Part shown: piece by piece, positions 9,697 through 19,218 of the stretch
Position numbering within the stretch: the first letter of the stretch is position 1
Layout of the letters: each line of letters begins with the position of its first letter
Virus record (IMG/VR): IMGVR_UViG_3300042477_000769
Source of the DNA: a virus
Taxonomy: Duplodnaviria > Caudoviricetes
Direction: 5' to 3' (one strand)
DNA length: 64,000 bases
Made by a program: the position numbers and the translations under genes
Notes under the pieces: generated by a model
What the model was told of the DNA's origin: nothing
The model's input: only the letters and a program-made list of their open reading frames with translations
Database searches by the model: none

Positions 9697-11385
9697 ATGT
9701 CTTTTATTTATGAAAATAAACTGTTATTACAAGCTTTATTAGAGGCGGGCGGAGCTTTGGAAAAAAAAGCTCAAGATAATGAACAATCTAAACAAAATAT
9801 TTTAGAAAATTTTCGAGACTTTAATCAAAATCAAGAAATAGTAAAGGCTTTACCTGATTATGATTTGGCATTAAAATTATTGTATAATTTACAACGAGAA
9901 TTAAAAGATCCTAAAGCTCCCCCGGCAGGAATTCCAATTGGAACTCAAAGCGGTAGTACTCAAATAGAAGCTAATACCGCTAATTTTAGAACTTTAGGAG
10001 ATTTTTTAAACTGGGCGGCAGCTAACAAATTAACTTGGAAAAATCAAAGATTTGCTTGGACTAAAGAAGAAGCTGATAAAGATCGTTCGATTATTAATAA
10101 TAATTGGACTTTTACCTCTTTACCATTTGATAGAAATGATCGATCTTTAGATCGTCAACCAATAAGAACCATAGCTTATGCAAATAAAGATGCACTAATA
10201 GAATATTTAGCTGCTTTAAGAGATAGTCCAGAAACTCAAAAAAATAATGTATTAAAATTTATGTTAGCCAGTTTAATTGGAGAAGCAAACGGTTTTCTTA
10301 GAATACAAGGTGAGAAACCCATTGAAACAAAAACTAGTCCCAAACCGGCAGATAATTTAGATCCTAATTTAATTGTAGATATCTTACCCGCTATTTTAGG
10401 CAATGATACTATCAATGAGAATTTAAATAATGCACCGTTTAATTTATTCAAAGCCGACAATGTTAATGCTTTAACTGTTGAAGATTTAAAAAGTAAATCA
10501 AATTTTACTAATTGGCTGAGTAATCGACAAATAAAAGTCAACTTAGGAGGTAAAAATCCAACTACTAAAGTTGTCAAAGTATTTGACCCAGAATCTGGAG
10601 ATCCTTGTTTAGCTGTTCATATTTTATATAAACGTGCATTACATTTAAGAAATGCCGCTGAAGGACATGATCAATTTGTTACTAATTATAGTAAAGCTAT
10701 TAATTTATATATTAATGCTGTAACTGCTTTTGGTCGAGAATTTACAGATAAAAATGGTCATCCCTGCACCGTATTATCTCCTACTTCGGATACTAATGCC
10801 AGAGTTTATCCTGGTGGTAGTGGCTCTCCTGCTGGAGGAGCTGGACCTGCAACTACTACTGGACTCGTCCCTAGTAATCCTCAAGTCAAATCTCAAATGT
10901 TAAAAAATCTAGTGCAATATATGCCGCTTAATTTGCACACTATTAATTTAGATGACATACTATCATTTTTTAATGCTTATGTCAACTTTTTAGAAAAAAC
11001 TTCTGGAGCGGAAGAGGAATTTGTTAAAACAGCACAGGCCAGTGTAATCTCTATTATTCAAGAAATTAAAAAAGTAACAGTCTTGCCACAATTAGTATTC
11101 CCATTAAATGGTGGGTCTGAAACTGTAGTGAAGTGGATTAGAAATCCATTATTTAGTTACACGCCATTTATCCAAAACTTATCAGAAATATTAGTTACTA
11201 CTTTTAGTGTAATTCAAAAATTTTATGATACCTATGGTAGAGTTCGATCGTCAGAAGATAGAGCAGAGTTTAATTCTGAACAACAAAATATTGTTAAAGG
11301 TCAAACGCCTATCTATAACTCTAATATGCGAGTTATTAATCGTTGGCTCAATGAGGCGGGAAGAGTTCAAGGATTTAAAAAATGA
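9697..11385 (+). CDS. Hypothetical, candidate internal head protein
   Basis: Long ORF in the head operon with N-terminal EKKAQ motif; no family recognised. Confidence 0.45.
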   Translation: MSFIYENKLLLQALLEAGGALEKKAQDNEQSKQNILENFRDFNQNQEIVKALPDYDLALKLLYNLQRELKDPKAPPAGIPIGTQSGSTQIEANTANFRTLGDFLNWAAANKLTWKNQRFAWTKEEADKDRSIINNNWTFTSLPFDRNDRSLDRQPIRTIAYANKDALIEYLAALRDSPETQKNNVLKFMLASLIGEANGFLRIQGEKPIETKTSPKPADNLDPNLIVDILPAILGNDTINENLNNAPFNLFKADNVNALTVEDLKSKSNFTNWLSNRQIKVNLGGKNPTTKVVKVFDPESGDPCLAVHILYKRALHLRNAAEGHDQFVTNYSKAINLYINAVTAFGREFTDKNGHPCTVLSPTSDTNARVYPGGSGSPAGGAGPATTTGLVPSNPQVKSQMLKNLVQYMPLNLHTINLDDILSFFNAYVNFLEKTSGAEEEFVKTAQASVISIIQEIKKVTVLPQLVFPLNGGSETVVKWIRNPLFSYTPFIQNLSEILVTTFSVIQKFYDTYGRVRSSEDRAEFNSEQQNIVKGQTPIYNSNMRVINRWLNEAGRVQGFKK

Positions 11386-12446
11386 ATCAGCAAGAAATTA
11401 GCTTCTATACTGATTGCTTTATTGTAGAATCTTTGCTACAAAATCATTCTCTAATTAAAATAGCCCAAGAAGGCGGACCGTTAACAGAATTGATTAATAA
11501 AGTAAAAGATTATTTCGGTCAACATATTGATCCGAATGATCCTGTCAGCAGCTTATTAGGAATATTAACTCCAGGATTAATTTTTAGCTTTTTAGGTTAT
11601 GGCTGGTTAGGCGGATTAATTGGCTTAGCCATCAACGTATTTCATGTAGATGTCAAAGGTATTATTTCCTCTATTATTAATAAAATTAAAGGATTAATTA
11701 CTGGTAATAAACCAACTAATTCTGAAAAAGTTGATGAAATTGTGGCTAGCTCAGTTCAAGAATTTGATAAACCTATTAGTGAAACTAGTAATGATACGAG
11801 TGTCATGGAAGACACTTTAAATAAGTTATTAAAGTCTACTTCTACTGTTCAGTTATCTAAAGATATTAGATTAGTTAAATTAGCTATTGTACAACCTATT
11901 AAAACTGCTAAATGGGGCGGCGGATTAGCAGCTCGACAAAAAACCACCATGACTTTATTAGCAAAAGTATTAGGTTGGATTTTTAAAGTTATTTTAGCTT
12001 CGGCTGGCTTATTGGTAGCTGGAGATGTAGTGAATAAATTTGTCGGCCGCCCTAACGCTTTTGATGGCGGCTTAAAAGATGGCAAGCCAATTGCTGCCAC
12101 TCCAGTACCCTTAGTAACTTCCAAACAAACTAAATTTCCAAAGCAATCTAATTATATAGAAGAACAATTTAATTCCGGAGATACTAATTGGGTGGAAAGC
12201 GTCGCTAACAATGATCCTTCTATTACGGCGATGTTAATCCAATTTGCTAAAGACGTGTATAACGGATTAGAGGGTTACGAAAATATTATTCGCACTTCTC
12301 CTGCGTTTGAAATTATTAAAAATAGAATAATTACCTACAATAGAACCACTCCCGGACAAACGATGGTCTTTATTCCTAAATATTTTAAGTCTAAAAAGAA
12401 AATTGTAGATTTGTTTATTGATGATGTAGCAGAAAAAGCTACTTAA
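11382..12446 (+). CDS. Hypothetical with Gly-rich hydrophobic segments, candidate membrane-inserting ejection protein
   Basis: IKIAQ motif; hydrophobic segments LLGILTPGLIFSFLGYGWLGGLIGLAINVF and LLAKVLGWIFKVILASAGLLVAG; ATGA overlap with the upstream gene. Confidence 0.5.
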   Translation: MNQQEISFYTDCFIVESLLQNHSLIKIAQEGGPLTELINKVKDYFGQHIDPNDPVSSLLGILTPGLIFSFLGYGWLGGLIGLAINVFHVDVKGIISSIINKIKGLITGNKPTNSEKVDEIVASSVQEFDKPISETSNDTSVMEDTLNKLLKSTSTVQLSKDIRLVKLAIVQPIKTAKWGGGLAARQKTTMTLLAKVLGWIFKVILASAGLLVAGDVVNKFVGRPNAFDGGLKDGKPIAATPVPLVTSKQTKFPKQSNYIEEQFNSGDTNWVESVANNDPSITAMLIQFAKDVYNGLEGYENIIRTSPAFEIIKNRIITYNRTTPGQTMVFIPKYFKSKKKIVDLFIDDVAEKAT

Positions 12447-12504
12447 TTAAGGCATAGCTCGACATATTATTGATTACATTGTGTAACTTTTAATTTCTAG
12501 ATGG

Positions 12505-13722
12505 ATGAGTATAACTATGACCAGAAGCCAAATTTTTGATAATTTTATAAAAATTTCACAAGAAAAAGGTCTAATTGCTAATGATTCTTCTGAGGCCAAA
12601 AAGAAATTAGAAGAAACTAAACGAGCCGATTCTTTAGATGCTAAAGCAATCAGTCAATTATATGGGGTAAAAAATCCCGCTCCTAAAGATATGGAGTATC
12701 AACAAAATATTATTGAAATTGCTCATAAAAAACCAGTTATTATTGGTCCCTCTTATGATAAATTAAATGCCTTAGTAGAAAATAATCAAGAGCGTCAAAA
12801 TATCTTATTGAGAATTGTTAACAAAACTCCGGATGGATTATCTACTCAACGTAAATATGCAGAGCAAGAATTAACTTTAACCTTAGTTCAATTAGCTAAT
12901 AATTTTGATAATACTGATCAAGATAAATTAAGAAAACTAGCCGATTCTTGTTTATTAAAATTATCGTCTCAACAAACGAAAAAGTCTTTGCAGAAAAAAG
13001 CTGCAATATTGATACCTATTGCTATTGCAGCTGCCACTATTGGTGCTATTTATGCTCATCAACATATTGCAGATGCAGATGAAGGATTAGAAGAAAATTA
13101 TAAAAATTTAGTCAAACAATTAGATGATTTCTTAGATGACAATAACTCTGGTTTAGGTATTACCGGTCATGAATATAGTCAAGAAATGTTATCAGATATT
13201 AGAGAATTTAAAGATAGACTAGCTGATTTTATGCAATTATACCGATCTTTAAATGAAGTTATTAGAGAATTAGAAAAGCCCAGAGACGCTAAAGAATTAA
13301 TGGAATTATCTAAACAACCAAAAACTCATACCGTAATCAATGCCGTTAAAAAATTAAGAGAATTAGCAACTAATATGAGTACCTTTATGGATACTATTTA
13401 TAAGAACTTTAGCTCCAGTATGTATAAAAATCGACATACTAAAAGTAAAGGTGTAGTCGATAAATTATTAGAAACTAGTATTTTAGGTGTGAGCTTAAAA
13501 GGCGGTCAGACCGGATTAATAGCTGATGATTTTCAAGATGTTATTAATGCGATGAATACTTTTAGAACTAGCATTGCTGAATTATTAAAAGTTATGGAGG
13601 CGGCAGGGTCTATTGAAGAAGACAGTTTAGATAAATTATCGGCATCTTTAGATAAAGCAAAAGAAGATTTTGGCTCTCCGTTAGATTTAAGTGGACCCCC
13701 TAAACTTTTGTCGACAGATTAA
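12505..13722 (+). CDS. Hypothetical, candidate internal/ejection protein with one TM-like helix
   Basis: SQIFDNFIKISQEKGL N-terminus; LVQLANNFD motif; QKKAA followed by ILIPIAIAAATIGAIYA. Confidence 0.5.
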   Translation: MSITMTRSQIFDNFIKISQEKGLIANDSSEAKKKLEETKRADSLDAKAISQLYGVKNPAPKDMEYQQNIIEIAHKKPVIIGPSYDKLNALVENNQERQNILLRIVNKTPDGLSTQRKYAEQELTLTLVQLANNFDNTDQDKLRKLADSCLLKLSSQQTKKSLQKKAAILIPIAIAAATIGAIYAHQHIADADEGLEENYKNLVKQLDDFLDDNNSGLGITGHEYSQEMLSDIREFKDRLADFMQLYRSLNEVIRELEKPRDAKELMELSKQPKTHTVINAVKKLRELATNMSTFMDTIYKNFSSSMYKNRHTKSKGVVDKLLETSILGVSLKGGQTGLIADDFQDVINAMNTFRTSIAELLKVMEAAGSIEEDSLDKLSASLDKAKEDFGSPLDLSGPPKLLSTD

Positions 13723-13829
13723 AATAATTTTCATAAAATCTGGCAATAAACAAATATGTAATTAAATTTTGTAAGTAAGGTGTAAGTTTCTATCGAATAA
13801 ATCGATATGTAAAAATTTAGGAAAATAAC

Positions 13830-14534
13830 ATGGCATTAAAATTATTACAACCTGGTACTCAACCATTAGGCCAATTTGACGGCTTAGACTCTGAAGTATT
13901 AACCTTAAAAGGTGGAGAAGTTGTTACGTTAGTAGCAACTGCCGTTCCTCCTGGTGATAAAGCTGCTTCTGATTCTTTTGACGGTTATGTTAACACTGGT
14001 TCGTCTGCTAGACGCCCAGTGGTCACCAAAACCTTAGACGCTTATTCGCGTCCTTTAATGTTAGCTGACGATGGTATCTCTGGTTACGGAACCTTATTCG
14101 GTTCGGTAGTTGGTGGAACTGTTGGACAAAATACCACGGGCGCTGTATTAGGCCCTCACACTGCTAGCGGTTCTGGCAAAGTTACTTGCTGGGATAAACC
14201 CGGTTTATATGCCGTGTCGTTAGATGCTTGTGATCCTAACGCTTCCACTGGTTTACAACCCACCAATACCACAGTCGCTGTGGGTTCTCCCTTATTCTAT
14301 ACTACGGCTGGTTTATTAACTCCTACGGCAGCTTCTGCTCCTACGGGTAGCACGGCTGATGGTAGCACTGGTAAAACAGTGTGTGGTCGCTTCGTTGACT
14401 TCGAGACCAACGGTTCTTTAGTCAATACGCCTAACAGATTAGTAGCCGCTTTGAACAGTCCTTCGGGTAGCTCCGTTGGTCCTCGTACCTTTGCTTTCGC
14501 TACATTCTTCTTTGGTGAATTATCTAAGGTCTGA
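13830..14534 (+). CDS. Capsid decoration/cement-like structural protein
   Basis: Immediately upstream of the MCP; Gly/Thr/Ala-rich beta-type sequence; AGGA RBS; codon bias typical of a highly expressed gene. Confidence 0.6.
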   Translation: MALKLLQPGTQPLGQFDGLDSEVLTLKGGEVVTLVATAVPPGDKAASDSFDGYVNTGSSARRPVVTKTLDAYSRPLMLADDGISGYGTLFGSVVGGTVGQNTTGAVLGPHTASGSGKVTCWDKPGLYAVSLDACDPNASTGLQPTNTTVAVGSPLFYTTAGLLTPTAASAPTGSTADGSTGKTVCGRFVDFETNGSLVNTPNRLVAALNSPSGSSVGPRTFAFATFFFGELSKV

Positions 14535-14555
14535 TCTTAGTTAATTAAGAGTATC

Positions 14556-14586
14556 AAAAAAGCCGAGTTTATTCTCGGCTTTTTTA
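14556..14586. terminator. Bidirectional-looking intrinsic terminator
   Basis: AAAAAAGCCGAG-loop-CTCGGCTTTTTT hairpin with A- and T-tracts on either side. Confidence 0.85.
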
Positions 14587-14701
14587 TTTTATCGAAAAAT
14601 ATTTTCTATCTTTATAGCAATAATTACTTATAACAATATCACACAATAATTGTGTGGCTGATTTAGTTCGGCAAACAATTCTTTTATACTTTGGAGAAAA
14701 C

Positions 14702-15715
14702 ATGAATATGTTTAATAACAAGGGCGAATTGAACGCAAGTTCTTTAAAAGACGCTCTACAATCACTGGCTAAATATGCTTCAGTGTTGGAAGAAAATCAA
14801 CCCTCAAACATGGGTTTCGCAGGTCAACCATCTTTAAGCGATGACAAACGTGATGAATTAATTTCTCGCGCTATTAATACTCAAGATGGTAAAGTGGCCT
14901 TAGCTCAAGCTATGGCGAATCCGATTCGCCGAAATTTGGACTACCACGGCATTGCTCGTCGAGCATTAGTGGTAGACCCACTTCCTATGGGAGCCATGCC
15001 CACTTATGACCGAGATATTGATGTGGCTGCTGTTGTTATTTCTAGCAATGGTACCGGACCAGAGTCTCGTGTTTTCGGTGACCGCGTAGTTGTTCCAGAG
15101 TTTGAAATTTTCGCCAACCCCACCGTTAGAATTGCCGAAGTTAAAAGACGCCGATTCAATGTTATTGATCGTGCAGTTCAAAAAGCTCGTCAAGAAATCA
15201 TGGCTCAAGAAGACGCCAACGTGTTTGCCGCATTAGATGCTGCTGCTAGCGTTGAAAACTCTTTAGTCGATGTCGCTGATGCCGGCTTATTAAAGAGAGA
15301 CCTCGTTGAAATTAAACAACAAATCGATCGTTGGGACTTAGTCACCACCAAATACTTCATGAATATCAATGAATTCACTGATATTCTCAAGTGGGGTAGC
15401 GGTGGTGGTCAAGGTGTCGGTGGTGGTGACTTCGATCCTGTAACCATGAGAGAAGTTCTACAAACCGGCTTGTATGCCCATATTTGGGGTACGGATATTA
15501 TGGTGTCGAAGATTGTCCCCCCGGGCACGATCTACGGCGCTGCCGATCCCGAGTTCGTTGGTGTAATGCCAATTCGCCAAGACATCGAAGTGTTGCCGGC
15601 TGACGAACCGAAGCAATTAAAGCTAGGCTGGGTAGTTTCCGAAATCATCGGTATCGCCATCGTCAACCCTCGTGGTTGTGCGGCTGGGCGCAAGAGCGTA
15701 GTTATCGGAGCCTGA
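14702..15715 (+). CDS. Major capsid protein (HK97 fold)
   Basis: LAQAMANPIRRNLDYHGIARRALVVDPL...PEFEIFANP...QKARQEIMAQED resembles, from memory, Bxz1-type myovirus capsid proteins. GGAG RBS precedes ATG 14702, a better start than the GTG at 14654. Position fits the head operon. Confidence 0.88.
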   Translation: MNMFNNKGELNASSLKDALQSLAKYASVLEENQPSNMGFAGQPSLSDDKRDELISRAINTQDGKVALAQAMANPIRRNLDYHGIARRALVVDPLPMGAMPTYDRDIDVAAVVISSNGTGPESRVFGDRVVVPEFEIFANPTVRIAEVKRRRFNVIDRAVQKARQEIMAQEDANVFAALDAAASVENSLVDVADAGLLKRDLVEIKQQIDRWDLVTTKYFMNINEFTDILKWGSGGGQGVGGGDFDPVTMREVLQTGLYAHIWGTDIMVSKIVPPGTIYGAADPEFVGVMPIRQDIEVLPADEPKQLKLGWVVSEIIGIAIVNPRGCAAGRKSVVIGA

Positions 15716-15745
15716 TAACTACGGCTAATTAGCCAAATAGTCTTC

Positions 15746-15769
15746 AAAAGCCACCTTACGGTGGCTTTT
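15746..15769 (+). terminator. Intrinsic terminator after the MCP gene
   Basis: AAAAGCCACC-TTAC-GGTGGCTTTT perfect hairpin. Confidence 0.8.
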
Positions 15770-15787
15770 GTCGTTATATCAATTCAT

Positions 15788-16354
15788 ATGAAAAAATTAA
15801 ATTTAATTGGATTAACTTTTCACCGATTAACTGTGATGGCGGAAGCTCCGGACATTAATCATCGTTCGGCCTGGGTATGTCAATGTGAATGTGGAACCAT
15901 TAAGAATATCAAAACGGAAGAATTACGATCGGGAGGCACTAAATCTTGTGGTTGTTGGAATGTCGAGCAACGCGCCAAACGAGTAAAGAACATGTATTCT
16001 AAATGCATTAAATATAGCCCAGAAATAGCATCAGCGAGAAAAATTTGGAAAACTAGATATCCAGAAATAAATTTTGACGATTTCTATCATATCTCTCAGC
16101 AAAATTGTTATTATTGTAATTCTGCTCCCGCTAATTCACAAAATGTTGCCACTAAAAAATCTTCTCAAGAAATGAAAGATAAAGGTCATTTTATTTATAA
16201 TGGATTAGATCGTTTAGATAATAACAAACAACATTCAAAAGATAATTGTGTCGCTTGTTGCAAATATTGTAATTATGCTAAAAGAGAAAGAACTGAACAA
16301 GAATTCAAAGATTGGATCATTAAAGTTTATCATTTTTATCTTCAACCAAAATAA
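15788..16354 (+). CDS. HNH (His-Cys type) endonuclease with N-terminal CxCxCG DNA-binding module; putative homing endonuclease
   Basis: LIGLTFHRLTV...WVCQCECG; CYYC...NGLDRLDN...NCVACCKYCNYAK. The track's GTG start lies inside the terminator, so ATG 15788 is preferred. Confidence 0.8.
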   Translation: MKKLNLIGLTFHRLTVMAEAPDINHRSAWVCQCECGTIKNIKTEELRSGGTKSCGCWNVEQRAKRVKNMYSKCIKYSPEIASARKIWKTRYPEINFDDFYHISQQNCYYCNSAPANSQNVATKKSSQEMKDKGHFIYNGLDRLDNNKQHSKDNCVACCKYCNYAKRERTEQEFKDWIIKVYHFYLQPK

Positions 16355-16585
16355 TTAACCTCTTGACTGTCAATAGCCAGATCCAACCTCTCGGTTAGGT
16401 TAACCTATAATTTTCATTTTATAGGTTTGTCCTATAATTTATACATTAAGTCTTGGTTAAAATTGACCATGGGTGAGGCGCAGGTAATTTACAATTTAGC
16501 AAACTATTTATAAGTTTAAAACAAATAAATGGGTTAAATGAAAATAAAATATGGAACTGAGTCTCGACAAATGAATGGGGTATTT

Positions 16586-16624
16586 AATAGGGGAAGTAGA
16601 TTAGTACTACTTAACCTATTTTTT
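16586..16624 (+). terminator. Hairpin with T-tract, possible terminator or attenuator
   Basis: AATAGG-gg-AAGTAG-loop-CTACTT-aa-CCTATT followed by TTTT. Confidence 0.4.
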
Positions 16625-16676
16625 GAAATATTTAGTAAAGGTAGAGGGTATATCCTAGGATTAGGTAGTAAACAAT

Positions 16677-17810
16677 ATGATCGAAGTAAAAGAGATGATA
16701 GCTAATGGTTTTGCTATTAAGAAGATAGCAGAAAAATTACATTTACCAGAAGTAGCAGTTAAACAAATAATAGCAGACAATCAATTATCTTTAGTCAAAG
16801 AAACATTTAGCGAACAACATATAGTTACAATTATTCAATTGTATCAAGAAGGAGTATCCATTAAGGCATTAGCAGAAAAGTTTTCCATTGATAAACGAAG
16901 AATAATCAAATGGTTAACTGAGCATCAAATAACGATTCGAACTAGTTCTCAAGCCATTAGAACCACTAATTTTCAAGAAAGTTATTTTGATATCATTGAT
17001 GATGCTAATAAAGCTTATTGGTTAGGATTTTGTTATGCCGATGCTTATAATTGTGATACTAATAACACTTTCATTCTAACGTTGAAGGGAGAAGATTATT
17101 CTCATTTGGTTAAATTAGCAGAATTATTACACTTACCAAGCAGTAAAATTAAAACTAGTAATTTATCGGTCAACCATAAGATTTATCCAATTGCTTCCTT
17201 AAAATTATATAGTAAACATATTTGCCAGCAGATGAGTTCTTTAGGCTGTCCTCGAGCCAAAAGTTTTACTATAACTTTTCCTACTTGGTTAAGAAAAGAG
17301 CTACAAGTAGATTTTATTCGAGGATTATTTGATGGAGATGGGTCTTTGTGCAAAAGAAAATTAAATAATGAATGGAAATGGTCATTAACTACCACTCAAG
17401 AATGTGGAGAAGTAATTAAGAACATAATAATGGAAGAACTAGGATTAACATTAACCCTATATAATATTTCTGAAACTGGAAATAATACTTTTAATTTAGA
17501 GGCGAGTGGTAATAAAAAAGTTTTAACATTAGCTCATTGGTTATATTCGCCATCATCTGACAGCAATAGATTAACTAGAAAATATGACAAATATTTAGAG
17601 TTAAAGAAACAACAATTAAGTCGAACTTTTAGTCGAGATAGTTATAGAGTTTCTCAGACTTCCATTAATAACATTATTAAAGATTTAGAGTTTTTGACTA
17701 TTATGGATATTTCTCACAAATATCGATTGCATCCTCGAACTATTTTAAAAATACAGCGAAAATATGGAGCAGCGATGAAAATTGCTGATAAAAAGCTATC
17801 GGTTATATAG
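16677..17810 (+). CDS. Free-standing LAGLIDADG homing endonuclease with HTH repeats
   Basis: AYWLGFCYADA and DFIRGLFDGDG motifs; paralogous to the 5600 ORF. Confidence 0.85.
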   Translation: MIEVKEMIANGFAIKKIAEKLHLPEVAVKQIIADNQLSLVKETFSEQHIVTIIQLYQEGVSIKALAEKFSIDKRRIIKWLTEHQITIRTSSQAIRTTNFQESYFDIIDDANKAYWLGFCYADAYNCDTNNTFILTLKGEDYSHLVKLAELLHLPSSKIKTSNLSVNHKIYPIASLKLYSKHICQQMSSLGCPRAKSFTITFPTWLRKELQVDFIRGLFDGDGSLCKRKLNNEWKWSLTTTQECGEVIKNIIMEELGLTLTLYNISETGNNTFNLEASGNKKVLTLAHWLYSPSSDSNRLTRKYDKYLELKKQQLSRTFSRDSYRVSQTSINNIIKDLEFLTIMDISHKYRLHPRTILKIQRKYGAAMKIADKKLSVI

Positions 17811-17832
17811 AGGGTAAGAAAAATGAGGATCT

Positions 17833-19218
17833 ATGTGTGGTATTGTATTAAGTAATTTTCTGTCCCTAGAGGAAGTGTCGGATAAATTATCGATTATTTT
17901 GCATCGGGGACCGGATGGTCATCGGGTGGAGACAATTAATAATTTTACTGTTGGACATTGTCGATTGGCCATTCAAGGCAGATCCTCGTCTTATGATCAG
18001 CCGTTTACTAAAAACGGATTAACTATTGCTTATAATGGAGAATTATGGAATAATAGCGTTAATAGTTTATCCCAAGAATTAGGAATTACCGAGGAGGGCA
18101 TTTCAGATACCGAATTATTTTTATTAGGATTTGAGAAATATGGCCCGGCCATTTTTCAGCAGGTAGACGGCGTATTTGGAGTGGCTATTATTTCTGGAGA
18201 CACAGTGTTCGTGGCTCGTGATTATATTGGAGAAATTCCAATTTATTATTATTGGGAAGACCAAAAGTTATTAGTAGCCAGCGAATTAAAGGTATTTGCT
18301 GGATTACCCTTATCCAAAGTCCAGTTATTACTGCCGGGGCATTATTTAAAGATAAATTCTACTCTAGAAGTAGTTAAATACTATTCCTTACCGATGACTG
18401 AAGTGTCAGATTCTAAAGAAGAAATAATCTCTAAATTTAGAGATTATGTAGTACAAGGTGTGCAAAAGAGAATTCCAAAGGAAGTAGATTACACGGTATT
18501 ATTATCTGGAGGAATAGATTCGACTATTATTGCAGCGTGCTTAAAGCAAGTCAATGCTAATTTAGAAGCATTTACCATTCATTTGGATGTTAATAAAGAC
18601 AAAAAAGTAAAGAATAATGATTTATATTTTGCTAGATTAGCGGCGCAGCATTTAGGAATTAAGTTACATGAGGTGATTATTACTGAGGAACAGGTCCTCT
18701 ATTATTTAGAGGAGACCATTAGAGTGATTGAGGATAAGTCATGGACTCAAGTATCTTCTGGATTACCTCATTTATTATTGGGAAAAGCGATTAAGAACAC
18801 TAATTTTAAGGTAGTATTTTCTGGATCTGGGAGTGATGAAATTTTTGGTTCCTATCCGGCGCAAAAAAGATGGCAATGGCAAGATAATCAATATGACAAA
18901 GCCAGGAAAAATTTAGTCTTAAATGTTCATAAAAACAATACTATTAGAGAAAATAAATGTTTAATGGCCTCATCTCTAGAGATTAGGAGTCCCTTTTTGG
19001 ACCAAAAATTTTTAGAATATGCGGTTAATATTCCAATTCAGTATCGATTTGACAATAAAAAAATGAAACCTATGTTGAGATATGCTTTTCAAGACCTCTT
19101 GACTCCGGAGTTAGCCTGGCGAGAAAAAATTTGCGAAGGCGATGGAGTGGGAATCGAAAACATTATTAAAGCTAAAAAAGACGAAATCAAGAGAATTTAT
19201 GACAAAATTTTTATTTAA
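17833..19218 (+). CDS. asnB: Asparagine synthetase B-like class II glutamine amidotransferase
   Basis: N-terminal MCG (catalytic Cys), HRGPD, HCRLAI, NGEL, SDTE, ARD..G..P, PP-loop LSGGIDS, SGSGSDEIFGSY, RSPFLD and WREK..DGVG. Confidence 0.85.
   Translation: MCGIVLSNFLSLEEVSDKLSIILHRGPDGHRVETINNFTVGHCRLAIQGRSSSYDQPFTKNGLTIAYNGELWNNSVNSLSQELGITEEGISDTELFLLGFEKYGPAIFQQVDGVFGVAIISGDTVFVARDYIGEIPIYYYWEDQKLLVASELKVFAGLPLSKVQLLLPGHYLKINSTLEVVKYYSLPMTEVSDSKEEIISKFRDYVVQGVQKRIPKEVDYTVLLSGGIDSTIIAACLKQVNANLEAFTIHLDVNKDKKVKNNDLYFARLAAQHLGIKLHEVIITEEQVLYYLEETIRVIEDKSWTQVSSGLPHLLLGKAIKNTNFKVVFSGSGSDEIFGSYPAQKRWQWQDNQYDKARKNLVLNVHKNNTIRENKCLMASSLEIRSPFLDQKFLEYAVNIPIQYRFDNKKMKPMLRYAFQDLLTPELAWREKICEGDGVGIENIIKAKKDEIKRIYDKIFI

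Noticed and set aside
14654-14701. GTG start at 14654 for the MCP
   Set aside because: No SD there, while ATG 14702 has GGAG at the right spacing.
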